Part shown: positions 35,176-43,631 of the stretch, piece after piece | Layout: each line of letters opens with the position of its first letter | Position numbering within the stretch: the first letter of the stretch is position 1 | IMG/VR virus record: IMGVR_UViG_3300035698_012408 | Reading direction: 5' to 3' (one strand) | DNA length: 64,000 nt | DNA from: a virus | Notes under the pieces: generated by a model | What the model was told of the DNA's origin: nothing | What the model saw: the letters and a program-made list of their open reading frames with translations, nothing else | Databases searched by the model: none | Translations under genes and position numbers: made by a program

Positions 35176-35730
35176 TTAGCCCCTGACGCGGCGAGCCACG
35201 TCAAGGTCGTAAGTATTCTGACCTGTTTGATTCGATACCGGGCGTCGCCACGTGTCCGCAGCGTTGCATCGGACCATATCATCTGCGTATACCCAGTCAG
35301 CGTTGTAAACGCGATCGTAACCCGCTGGTGTGTCCGTGTCTACGACCGGCTGCACTATCGGAGGTGGCAACACCGCAGGGCCGGGTGTCGTAAACAGGTC
35401 AGATGCGGCTGCCTGCAACGTAAACCGACTGGTCTGTTGTTGCTGCCGTAACCACTGATCCAGCCATAACAGACACTGCTCCGCCTTCTTCAGCTTGGTA
35501 CGCATTTTAGCTGTCGGACGGTTGTTTAACTGTCGTCGCGCCGTCGTAAGATCGGCGGCCCTGGTGCGCTGCAACTCCTCGAACAAACCATCGCGGAGCT
35601 CTTGGGCCTGTGCGATCGGCACCGGGCTCTGCTGTTGTGTCGGTTGCGTCCTTGGCATCGTGATGCCTGCGGGTATCCCGACACCAACGCCCTGCGGTTG
35701 ATAACCGCCGCCTGGAAGTGTATTATCCAT
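35176..35730 (-). CDS. hypothetical protein
   Basis: ATG ORF in the array. Confidence 0.4.
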   Translation of the reverse strand: MDNTLPGGGYQPQGVGVGIPAGITMPRTQPTQQQSPVPIAQAQELRDGLFEELQRTRAADLTTARRQLNNRPTAKMRTKLKKAEQCLLWLDQWLRQQQQTSRFTLQAAASDLFTTPGPAVLPPPIVQPVVDTDTPAGYDRVYNADWVYADDMVRCNAADTWRRPVSNQTGQNTYDLDVARRVRG

Positions 35731-35741
35731 GTCTCTGCTTT

Positions 35742-36380
35742 CTAGTCTAAGTCCGGTTCAATAAAGTCACTAGGCAAGCCACCGTGTGTCTCTGCCTGCT
35801 GCTCTGCCGCAATCAGTCGCGGCCGTAACCAGTCCGTGACGTGCGTGAACTTGATAGCTTCACCTGCCGCCCTGTTCTGCTCCGCCCCGGCATCAATCAC
35901 CAGATCTTCCTCCGACCCGTCTGCGGATAAAGCTGTAAACTGTGACGCTGCCGCCGCGAGGTTATCACATGCCACCACGCGCTCCGCCTCCGCCGTGGCA
36001 ATCAACGACCTAAGCAAGCGAGGGTGTTCGTCGCGGATAAGATAGTCCATACGGCGTGTATTTTCGAGATAACTCGACAGCATCTCCCCAAGCACTACGC
36101 ATGAGATGCGAAGGTCATCGTCGACCGCCTGCAACCAGCCACAAGCTCTAGCTCTCAGATGCTCGCTAAAATCGGGTATGTCCGGCATGTTGGCATCGTC
36201 GGCATACGCCTTAACGAGGCCATCCAACAAACTGCCACCAGCCTCCACGAAGACTGCGACGGCGGTGATCTTCTCGCCAAAGTCGAACTCGTCCGGGATC
36301 ACTGAACATGCCTCCCGTAGCCCGTGGCACACCATAGCGTACCGTGGGTCATTGCACCTAGATGGATCGATAGAAGACAT
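35742..36380 (-). CDS. hypothetical protein
   Basis: ATG ORF in the array. Confidence 0.4.
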   Translation of the reverse strand: MSSIDPSRCNDPRYAMVCHGLREACSVIPDEFDFGEKITAVAVFVEAGGSLLDGLVKAYADDANMPDIPDFSEHLRARACGWLQAVDDDLRISCVVLGEMLSSYLENTRRMDYLIRDEHPRLLRSLIATAEAERVVACDNLAAAASQFTALSADGSEEDLVIDAGAEQNRAAGEAIKFTHVTDWLRPRLIAAEQQAETHGGLPSDFIEPDLD

Positions 36381-36383
36381 CTG

Positions 36384-36998
36384 CTACTCCTGATTAGTTA
36401 ATAACCTTGCCACCTGGAAATTGCGAATATTCGTTATGCCGCATAGATGTGCCGGTATTTCTCGCCACGCCTCCGTGTCGTCTTTCCGCACCATGTCACT
36501 GGCGTGGAGCATTTGAGGCGACCGGCAAAAGAAACACCCCTCTGGGACATCTTGCTGGGCGCCTGCCGTGTAGTCTGACGTCTGGCCCAATAGGGTACCG
36601 CATCGCGGGCAGCGAGTGTCCGGGTCATTGTAATCCTGAATACCGGTGCGGCCACATTGTAGGCACGTGACACCTGGGGCGGCTTCCTGCGTACGCAGCA
36701 AAAATGCCGTCTCTTCCGGCGTATCGACCCCGAACCACTCCTCGAACAGCCGACATGCGGGCGTGTACGCGCTCACTATCGGGTAGCGTTCATGAATGGC
36801 CCGCGGATCAGCACCCGGAGCGTACCACGGCGGCGCCGCGAGGCACATGCCTATCTCTGGATGCGGCACCTCCTGCGATGAATCACACTCGTGCTCACCG
36901 CTTGTCGGGTGATACGCATTACACTCGCAACACGTCTTACTTAGGAACAATTGACGAGGTACTCGCGATAGCGGTGCCTCAGGGGGTTGGGTGCTCAT
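36384..36998 (-). CDS. Cys-rich protein with zinc-ribbon-like CxxC pairs
   Basis: CLQCG...CPRCG plus further Cys clusters. The start ATG 36998 is chosen to minimise overlap. Confidence 0.4.
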   Translation of the reverse strand: MSTQPPEAPLSRVPRQLFLSKTCCECNAYHPTSGEHECDSSQEVPHPEIGMCLAAPPWYAPGADPRAIHERYPIVSAYTPACRLFEEWFGVDTPEETAFLLRTQEAAPGVTCLQCGRTGIQDYNDPDTRCPRCGTLLGQTSDYTAGAQQDVPEGCFFCRSPQMLHASDMVRKDDTEAWREIPAHLCGITNIRNFQVARLLTNQE

Positions 36999-37422
36999 TG
37001 TCTCTGCTTTCTGCTGCTGCTTCGACCACGGTGTCCCCACCGGGCCGTTTCGGAAATATGAAGATGTATTTCCAATCCTTGGAAGATCCGGCGAGTCCAT
37101 CGCCGGTTGGATGCGGATCAAAGAAGATGTCTCCATTATACCCAATCACGGTGTGGTTGCAACCGCCACGGGGTGAAGGACCAGAAATAATATGCAAACC
37201 CCAGAGTTCACTGAAGCCATCCAGCTTACCGGGCTTGGCGTCCACCCGTGCCAGATCACGCTCCTCCAGCCACTGATAGAAGTTGATCGGCCACTCGGGC
37301 TCCGATCGCCAGTGTGGGAGCTGGACGATCGGTATCTGGAGCAACGTAGCCACGCATGCCCGCAGACAGTCACCAAACGTGTCACTGGACGAGAGTACCT
37401 GCTGCTGGTAAACGCGTAACAT
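36979..37422 (-). CDS. possible Cys-His peptidase-like protein
   Basis: N-terminal GDCLRACVATLL, later NHTVIGY and FFDPHP could form a Cys/His/Asp arrangement. This is speculative. Confidence 0.25.
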   Translation of the reverse strand: MLRVYQQQVLSSSDTFGDCLRACVATLLQIPIVQLPHWRSEPEWPINFYQWLEERDLARVDAKPGKLDGFSELWGLHIISGPSPRGGCNHTVIGYNGDIFFDPHPTGDGLAGSSKDWKYIFIFPKRPGGDTVVEAAAESRDNEHPTP

Positions 37423-38005
37423 CGAGAGCCCTCTGGTGTGCTGTCTGGGGATCGTAAGTCCAAACGTAGCTGGATGGATGCTTCCATCCGTACAACGTCA
37501 GGTCCAATGCCGCCTGCACGCTCCTGCGATTAGCGTCATGCCCCGCCAGCAGCCCCGTTGGGGACAGCAATGGCAACCACGCCCTGATGTCTGCTACTAC
37601 TTCATCGGTTGTGTGCCCTCCATCAATGAAGATGAAGTCAAATAGACCGAGAGGAGCCAGCAACCGTGCTGCCTCCTCACTTGATGTCGGTACGAACTCC
37701 ACGATGCCGGCATCCACCCACTGTGCTAGGTTCCGCTTGGCATGGCGGATGAAGTTGGTATCGCTCACTGCCTCCTTATGTGATGTCAACTGCTCCGTCG
37801 CTGATCCTCGGAAGTGATCCACGGCCCAGATATGCCCTCGGGCAAACTCTGCCATGCACGCGGTACTCTTCCCCTTCCACACTCCGATCTCCACGCAGTT
37901 CACATGCTGCGAGGCCTGCTCTGCTACGAACTGCATAGCTGCTGGGTCGAACCAGCCTTCGATACGTGCAGCCTTGTAAGTTGAGGGGACACGAATGTCA
38001 GCCAT
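37382..38005 (-). CDS. class I SAM-dependent methyltransferase (Methyltransf_24/TylF-like)
   Basis: VEIGVWKGKST, IWAVDHF and FIFIDGGHTTDEV. Confidence 0.55.
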   Translation of the reverse strand: MADIRVPSTYKAARIEGWFDPAAMQFVAEQASQHVNCVEIGVWKGKSTACMAEFARGHIWAVDHFRGSATEQLTSHKEAVSDTNFIRHAKRNLAQWVDAGIVEFVPTSSEEAARLLAPLGLFDFIFIDGGHTTDEVVADIRAWLPLLSPTGLLAGHDANRRSVQAALDLTLYGWKHPSSYVWTYDPQTAHQRALDVTRLPAAGTLVQ

Positions 38006-38366
38006 CTGCTGGTCCACCTTCGGAATAGTCAGTTGCCCAGTCGCACTTGTCCAGGTACTCGCAGATCTGTGCCTTCAGCTCCGTGAGTCGTGTCTTCCTG
38101 CGGTTGTCCTTCCCCAACGGTACCACAGTGATAGGCGCGTCATCGGCACCGAGTAAGCGCTTGGCCTGCGGTACCAACTCGGCGGGGTAATCAATAACGG
38201 CCACAACGTCGACCAAAGCAGATGCTGCCTTGATGGCTCGACGGTGGCCGATACCTAACGCACAGGCCTTGTGGCCCCGATCATTGAGAAGTTCTGCTAT
38301 TACTGCCGAGCGTCCTTCGCCCGATGGTCCAATACACAATATCCGCTGCGGCTGCTTTGACATCAT
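37998..38366 (-). CDS. hypothetical protein
   Basis: ATG(ATG) 38366 after AAGGGAG. See the rejected LMW-phosphatase idea. Confidence 0.4.
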   Translation of the reverse strand: MMSKQPQRILCIGPSGEGRSAVIAELLNDRGHKACALGIGHRRAIKAASALVDVVAVIDYPAELVPQAKRLLGADDAPITVVPLGKDNRRKTRLTELKAQICEYLDKCDWATDYSEGGPADG

Positions 38367-38374
38367 TGTCTCCC

Positions 38375-38857
38375 TTAGCGTAAATGCCGTGGGATGAAAT
38401 GTTCCCACACGATCTCGAACTCACCACCCTGCTTGTCCCACCAATAGGTATTATCGCAGCCGTTGTGGTTGCACTTCCCCTCCTTACCTTCGGTGTAGAG
38501 ATTCAATGGCCATCCGCACGCCGGGCACACTGGTCCGTCATGCTCGTCGCCATCATCATGTCGTATCGCTCCCGACATCGTGTCCTGCATCTTTCCGCCT
38601 GCTTCCGGCGACTGCTCTTCCAGTATGATTAGATCCGGTACCGGACACCCTTCAGGTCCGCATACCGGTGCAACAGGTGTTGCGGGCGTAACGCCCATGC
38701 CCCGCTGTGCCTCGATCGATATGTTATCGATCCGGTCATGCACTGCATCAAGCTCGAACTTCACGAACACGGTCATGAAGATGCCTGCGCAGATGACGAT
38801 AAATATGGTCAGCCAGAGAGCTGCCATGTGTTGCTGCTGTCTCGGGTTACTGGCCAT
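38375..38857 (-). CDS. single-pass membrane protein with a Cys-rich C-terminal domain
   Basis: TM helix AALWLTIFIVICAGIFMTVFV, and CPACGW...CNHNGC. ATG 38857 after GGAGGG. Confidence 0.45.
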   Translation of the reverse strand: MASNPRQQQHMAALWLTIFIVICAGIFMTVFVKFELDAVHDRIDNISIEAQRGMGVTPATPVAPVCGPEGCPVPDLIILEEQSPEAGGKMQDTMSGAIRHDDGDEHDGPVCPACGWPLNLYTEGKEGKCNHNGCDNTYWWDKQGGEFEIVWEHFIPRHLR

Positions 38858-38928
38858 TGGTGAATCCCTCCACTTGTTTGGCTTCCCATTTAGACTTGTG
38901 TAATCCGATAAACCACCGGTCGCTAACA

Positions 38929-39225
38929 TTAACATGGTGTCCCCTGCTTGTTCTTGTTGGCTGCTCTACGATCCAACAGCTTGTGAATCCAACCGCCCCA
39001 CCTGCCGAAGCAGCACCCGAACCAGTGACCCAGCTCATGTGGTAAGTCGCGGAGCCCTCTGTCCTTCTTCAGGAAGATGGCGTTGTAAAAAGGGCTGTAG
39101 GCGGCAGTGCTCGACGACGTGATCCAGTCAGGGAGCTCTTCGCTCTGATAGATCTTGGGCAGCCGCCACCGTGATCCTTTGTACCACGGCTCGCTGCTCC
39201 AGTCTACAGCGTCGGCATCCCGCAT
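38929..39225 (-). CDS. small HExxH metallopeptidase-like protein (ImmA/IrrE M78-like?)
   Basis: AIFLKKDRGLRDLPHELGHWFG. ATG 39225 lies 7 nt after GAGGA and 12 nt after a 14-mer copy. Confidence 0.35.
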   Translation of the reverse strand: MRDADAVDWSSEPWYKGSRWRLPKIYQSEELPDWITSSSTAAYSPFYNAIFLKKDRGLRDLPHELGHWFGCCFGRWGGWIHKLLDRRAANKNKQGTPC

Positions 39226-39237
39226 GCTGCTATCCTC

Positions 39238-39251
39238 GGTTTCTAAGTACC
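39238..39251. promoter_or_regulatory. copy 4 of the 14-nt motif
   Basis: Exact GGTTTCTAAGTACC on the plus strand, between a structured terminator-like element and the SD of 38929..39225. Confidence 0.6.
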
Positions 39252-39341
39252 AAAAGAAAATAACGCGTGCCCGGCCAATCTTAACCCAGGCATGCAACCC
39301 GCAATCGGAGAAATCTTGCCAAGTTGCACGTTACGCGTTAT
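39252..39341 (-). terminator. compound stem-loop, candidate terminator
   Basis: 9-bp closing stem auaacgcgu/acgcguuau (39341-39333 / 39268-39260) enclosing a nested 6-bp stem (tgcaac/gttgca), followed by uuucuuuu. Confidence 0.4.
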
Positions 39342-39347
39342 CGTAGT

Positions 39348-42008
39348 CTACGCTCCGCCGGGCTTGCCGATCAGTTTCTCAAGACCCTGATCAGGCTGAG
39401 CCGCACTGAAGCCAGTGAGCGGCGGCTTGTTGGGAGTAGGCGGTGGTGTGGTCATCCCCGGAGGCTTGGGTGTCAGGGCCGCAGCGCTGGCTCCCAGGCC
39501 GCCCGGCTTCGCAGTCGGGGGCATCGGAGGTGTTGCGGTCGAAGGGCCGCCAGGAGGCGGTACGGGCGCCCCTACGGTTGGCTTCGGTGGCGTACCTGTT
39601 GGTGCCGCCCCGGATAACAGATCCATCGCACCACCGAGTGCCGGAGGCTTACCACCGCCGAACATCGGTTGCGGTGTCGCACCACCTTGATAGTGCTGGG
39701 CCATCTGCGACCCGAACGACGGAGATGCCGGAGGAGCTGCTGGACCGGCGGGTGCTCGCGACATGCCCGGAGTCGGGGCGGCTCCAACCGCACCTGCTCC
39801 TGGAGTCGGAGCTCCACGCCTTGCCGCGGCACCGGGTGCCGTTGGCGTGGGTGGTCGATTCGCCTGGAAGGTCGGGGAGACCGGCTCACGCCCTGGGGCC
39901 TGGATCGGTTGAACTTCGTCCGGCAGCCCGGCGATCGGCGACGATTGTCGCACAGGTCCGGCAGGTGCTGGCTTCACTTCATCAGGCAGCGAGGCTATCT
40001 GGGGAGCTGGCTGGCGTTGCGGGCCGACCGGTGCCGGCCTCACTTCGCCGGGCAGCGATGCCATCGGAGCCGCAGGCTTCCGCTGCGGGGCTCCACCCGT
40101 CGTGGAGGGCTGCGTCATGGAAGCTGCCCCGGCCATGCCTGCTGGTGACGGCAGCGGCGTGGCTGAGTTCACCATGCTCCCTGCCTGCCCCAGTGGGCTT
40201 GGCGCCGATGCTGCGTTCGCAATGTTACCTGCCTGCCCCAGCGTGCCAGGGGCCTTCGCCGACGACACGATGTTACCAGCCTGCCCCATCTGACTCGGAG
40301 CCTTCGCAGCGTTCACGATGTTACCAGCCTGCCCCAGCGTGTTAGGAGCCGCCCCACCCAGCAATGCTGCCAGCGGCGGAGCCGGCTGTTGTGCCGCGGG
40401 TGGCTTGACTGGCGCCGGTCCGCCGCTCGACGCGATCGTTGGAGTCGGCCCTGTGATATTCGACGGCTTGGAAGCAGCCCCGGACCCTGGGCTCGTGGTC
40501 CCAGAGCCCGAGCCTGCAACCTGGGAGGGACGCGACCGGCCTCGGCCACCACGGCCTCCGCCTTTCCCTCGTCCCTTACCTCGTCGGGTAGACTTGGCTG
40601 TGGCGGTCGGCGACGGAGCAGCTGGTGATCCGATGCCAGCCGCTGCTGCTCTCGCAGCCGCTGCTGACTGATATGCTCCACCCATCTGATCCGGGGACGG
40701 CTTGTTCCCCACTGTCCACGGTGGTGTGGCGCCATCGTCGTTCAAGATGTCTCGATCGCGTGTGGCTTGATTGCGGGCGTCATGTGCCCTGACCAACGCT
40801 TCGTACTGCGGCGTGCCCGGTTTGGGAGCCGCCAGCTTCTCAAAGAGCTGTGAGGAGCCACACAGCGACTTAGCTGGTGCTTGCGAGCTGTGAGACGTTT
40901 CACAGCCGCTTATCTTCTCACGGAGCTGTGAGGCGTTTAACAGCGTCGAAGCAACGAACACGGTGCTGTCAGAGCTCTCACAGCTTCCTTGGCTCGCTTG
41001 CTTGTCTCGCATCGTGCTCAGGAGCCTCTCGCCGTCTCGGCCAGTGGTCATGCCCAACGATGTCAGCAGACCCATCACGCCCTCGGTCGGCAGAGTTGGG
41101 TGCTGCGAGGCTACGACTTCACGCAGTTCGCTCTCCACAGTCTTGTCCTGTGACCACGAAGCCACCTTGAAACCCTTGGCCACGCCCGTAGCGTGGTTGC
41201 CGTCGATTGTATTATTCACGGGATCGAGCCCTCCGTTAGAGTCAATGGGGTTAGCCGCGATGGCACTGCCAGCACCAGGAAACGACGGAGCTTTCTGGCC
41301 ACCTGCCGGTAGTCCTATCTGCATCGGGCCGAAGCCCGCCATCTGGGGCTTACCACTCGGTGGTTGCAGGAACTGTTGCATTCCTGCCATCGCCTGTGGC
41401 ATAGCAAATGACGACGATTGTGGCGACTGCATATTTGGCGACATTGGAGGCTGCATACCAGGAACTGCCGCTGTCTTGTCGCGGCCCTCCAACTTGGAGC
41501 CGTCGGGGAGCAGGAATGGGAAAAAGTCACGGATGACCCCTGCTGCTTTAAGTCGTGTGCTATCAAGGATTTGCCGCTTATTGGGGCTCGCAGGCACGCT
41601 GGCTAAGTTGCTGTCAGAGCTCTCACAGCCCGTCACAGCAGATAAACCAGGACGTCCCAAGGCACCCAAATCAATAAAACCTGCCTGTTTTGGCACCCTA
41701 TTGGGGTAAACCGTGCCCAAAACACCCCCTGAATCCACTTTACCCCGCGCCGCGTATAACGTACTTAGGTGTCGTGTTTTGGCAAGTTCGCTGTGAGCTT
41801 TCTTCTCTTTCCGCTCCCTGTCGTCCTTTTTATTTGGCAATTTGTCGTGTTTCGTTCTCGCGAAATTGCTCGCGAGATTGCTGGCGCCAGGTGGCTTGAT
41901 TGACGACGCAACAGACTTTACAATGGCTGGCGGGTGGGATGGCTCTGCCTTCTGGTGAGCTCGCACCATGCCAAACAACCGCTGCTGTGGTTTAGACTTT
42001 GCTGGCAT
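39348..42008 (-). CDS. 886-aa low-complexity Pro/Ala/Gly-rich protein with a DUF3008-like N-terminus
   Basis: The N-terminus MPAKSKPQQRLFGMV...FARTKHDKLPNKK resembles DUF3008 (recalled from memory). It contains several in-frame tandem repeats and the embedded inverted-repeat array. Confidence 0.5.
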   Translation of the reverse strand: MPAKSKPQQRLFGMVRAHQKAEPSHPPAIVKSVASSIKPPGASNLASNFARTKHDKLPNKKDDRERKEKKAHSELAKTRHLSTLYAARGKVDSGGVLGTVYPNRVPKQAGFIDLGALGRPGLSAVTGCESSDSNLASVPASPNKRQILDSTRLKAAGVIRDFFPFLLPDGSKLEGRDKTAAVPGMQPPMSPNMQSPQSSSFAMPQAMAGMQQFLQPPSGKPQMAGFGPMQIGLPAGGQKAPSFPGAGSAIAANPIDSNGGLDPVNNTIDGNHATGVAKGFKVASWSQDKTVESELREVVASQHPTLPTEGVMGLLTSLGMTTGRDGERLLSTMRDKQASQGSCESSDSTVFVASTLLNASQLREKISGCETSHSSQAPAKSLCGSSQLFEKLAAPKPGTPQYEALVRAHDARNQATRDRDILNDDGATPPWTVGNKPSPDQMGGAYQSAAAARAAAAGIGSPAAPSPTATAKSTRRGKGRGKGGGRGGRGRSRPSQVAGSGSGTTSPGSGAASKPSNITGPTPTIASSGGPAPVKPPAAQQPAPPLAALLGGAAPNTLGQAGNIVNAAKAPSQMGQAGNIVSSAKAPGTLGQAGNIANAASAPSPLGQAGSMVNSATPLPSPAGMAGAASMTQPSTTGGAPQRKPAAPMASLPGEVRPAPVGPQRQPAPQIASLPDEVKPAPAGPVRQSSPIAGLPDEVQPIQAPGREPVSPTFQANRPPTPTAPGAAARRGAPTPGAGAVGAAPTPGMSRAPAGPAAPPASPSFGSQMAQHYQGGATPQPMFGGGKPPALGGAMDLLSGAAPTGTPPKPTVGAPVPPPGGPSTATPPMPPTAKPGGLGASAAALTPKPPGMTTPPPTPNKPPLTGFSAAQPDQGLEKLIGKPGGA
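40174..40365 (-). repeat. 4 x 48-bp in-frame tandem repeat
   Basis: Anchors atgttacc at 40222, 40270 and 40318, and atgctccc at 40174. It encodes GQAGNIV..AKAP... x4. Confidence 0.85.
40847..40984. repeat. phased array of four 20-bp inverted repeats GCTGT-N10-ACAGC
   Basis: Elements at 40847-40866, 40887-40906, 40925-40944 and 40965-40984, with spacing 40/38/40 bp. Arms are 6-7 of 8 complementary. Confidence 0.85.
41610..41629. repeat. fifth copy of the 20-bp inverted repeat (identical to 40965-40984)
   Basis: gctgtcagagctctcacagc is repeated exactly. Confidence 0.85.
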
Positions 42009-42109
42009 CCTAGTACCTTTCATCGTGAACTGGTATGATCGCTGCCTGCTTGTTATCATTAGTGTAGCCTGATGACCGTCACTATTGCAACCCCGTAAGG
42101 AAGAGATTC

Positions 42110-43153
42110 ATGTCAACACACGCAGATCAGCCATTCGCTGATGCTCCCAGTCCCGAAGCGTACGCTATCGCCCCGCCAGAGCCTTTCGCTCAACTCATGC
42201 CAGGACTGATAGTCATGGAGGGGGACATCCGCCTCGGGCTCGACCACCTGGGTGATGGTTGGAATGAAGTCACCCAAGGGTACGTCGGTATCACCGTGCC
42301 TGATGCTCAGGTGGCTTATGCTCGCTTGATCATGCCCGAGAACTTCTCTCGACTCGTCAATGGGACCTTCGTTCATCCCCGTGATCAGCTCTGGCGGAGT
42401 GGTGAGCCTCGCTGGGTGCCGGTACCGGCTGAGTGGATCGCTCGTGGCATGACCGTTGATGGTATCCGGGAGGAACTCGCGGAAGAAGCCCAGCTCTACA
42501 TCTGCCGTCCTGACTTCGATGCTCCTGATCACCGAGTGTTGCCCATTCCGCCCCATCACCGAGCCCTTGCAGCTGCCGAACCGATCCGATATGGCGATAA
42601 AGCCATCCACGCAGGGCTCGATGACTGGCAAACTGTCGCTGTTGGGCTCCGTGGGCAGGAATGTGGTGAACCGTGCGAACCGAACAAGTTCGTCCGCTAC
42701 TGCCGGCCTATCCACCCCCAAGCCCAGAACTGGTATGTTGACCTTCGACCCGATCGAGGTGACGATACCGGCCCCGGATCAGCCGTCACACCCTTCGCAA
42801 CGCTCGAAGGTGGCCAAAATGCGATCGAAAAGGCCTCCCAAGACGCCAATATCACCGTCTATGGCGTGATTTGGGAGGTTCGAGGCACCCCGCTGGTCGC
42901 TTATGACCTCCCTGAGCCTCAAAAACAGGGTTATCAGGCCCCAATACTCGAATGTGACCCTGCTGAAGAGGCCGATCGAGCTCGGCTGAGCGCCCTGGCA
43001 CCCAAAATACCGATCGAACCGACCGGTGCGGCCGAAAAGACCGCTGCTACCCCTAAATTGCAAAAAGAACACATCAAGGCGATGATCCAGAGCCTCGAAC
43101 AAGCACTTCTGGTAGCTCATACCATGCTAGCGGAGATTGAGAGCGGAGAATGA
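42110..43153 (+). CDS. hypothetical protein (first of the only two plus-strand genes)
   Basis: ATG after AAGGAAGAG. 347 aa, no family recognised. Confidence 0.5.
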   Translation: MSTHADQPFADAPSPEAYAIAPPEPFAQLMPGLIVMEGDIRLGLDHLGDGWNEVTQGYVGITVPDAQVAYARLIMPENFSRLVNGTFVHPRDQLWRSGEPRWVPVPAEWIARGMTVDGIREELAEEAQLYICRPDFDAPDHRVLPIPPHHRALAAAEPIRYGDKAIHAGLDDWQTVAVGLRGQECGEPCEPNKFVRYCRPIHPQAQNWYVDLRPDRGDDTGPGSAVTPFATLEGGQNAIEKASQDANITVYGVIWEVRGTPLVAYDLPEPQKQGYQAPILECDPAEEADRARLSALAPKIPIEPTGAAEKTAATPKLQKEHIKAMIQSLEQALLVAHTMLAEIESGE

Positions 43154-43563
43154 CCATGCGTGACCGAATTATCGACCTAGATGGTGCCGATGACAAGCCT
43201 ACGCGGGCTGAGCGGAGCTACACCGTCTATTGCGAGTGCGAAAACTGCGGAGAGCTCGAATATATCGAGATCGAACGCGGTATTCTCATCACCAACGCCG
43301 TCTGCCCCTTCTGTGACTGCATGTCGCTCATCCGAGCGGCTGAACCGGGCAGTCTCGAAGAGTTCGAGGACCTCGAAGACGACCCATTGGACACCGGGGT
43401 GGACTTTCAGACGATTGTGGACTCCCTGGAGCTCCAAAAAGCGAGGGAATCACAAGAAGGCATGCCTCACATGCCGATCAGCCCGTTCGATCGCTCGGTA
43501 GCTGAGTTGGCACGGCAGGTACGTGAGGAACAACGACACGGGAGCAGGCAAGACGCTGGCTGA
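43150..43563 (+). CDS. zinc-ribbon protein with an acidic C-terminal half
   Basis: ATGA coupling to the upstream gene. CECENCG...CPFCDC. Confidence 0.5.
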   Translation: MTMRDRIIDLDGADDKPTRAERSYTVYCECENCGELEYIEIERGILITNAVCPFCDCMSLIRAAEPGSLEEFEDLEDDPLDTGVDFQTIVDSLELQKARESQEGMPHMPISPFDRSVAELARQVREEQRHGSRQDAG

Positions 43564-43573
43564 GACGCCAAGC

Positions 43574-43587
43574 GGTACTTAGAAACC
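43574..43587. promoter_or_regulatory. copy 5 of the 14-nt motif
   Basis: Exact copy, 10 nt after the plus-strand stop, overlapping the 5' arm of the terminator hairpin by 4 nt. Confidence 0.6.
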
Positions 43588-43626
43588 ACCTGGATCGGAC
43601 TTTCCGGCCCAGGTGGTTCTTTTTTT
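43584..43626 (+). terminator. rho-independent terminator at the convergent junction (possibly bidirectional)
   Basis: Perfect 10-bp stem aaccacctgg/ccaggtggtt and a 15-nt loop, then cTTTTTTT. An A-run lies on the other side for the minus strand. Confidence 0.75.
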
Positions 43627-43631
43627 AGCTA

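Noticed and set aside
37998-38366. Low-molecular-weight phosphotyrosine phosphatase or ArsC-like enzyme, based on ILCIGPSGEGRS.
   Set aside because: The LMW-PTP P-loop is C-x5-R-[ST]. Here Cys and Arg are separated by 7 residues, so the signature is not satisfied.
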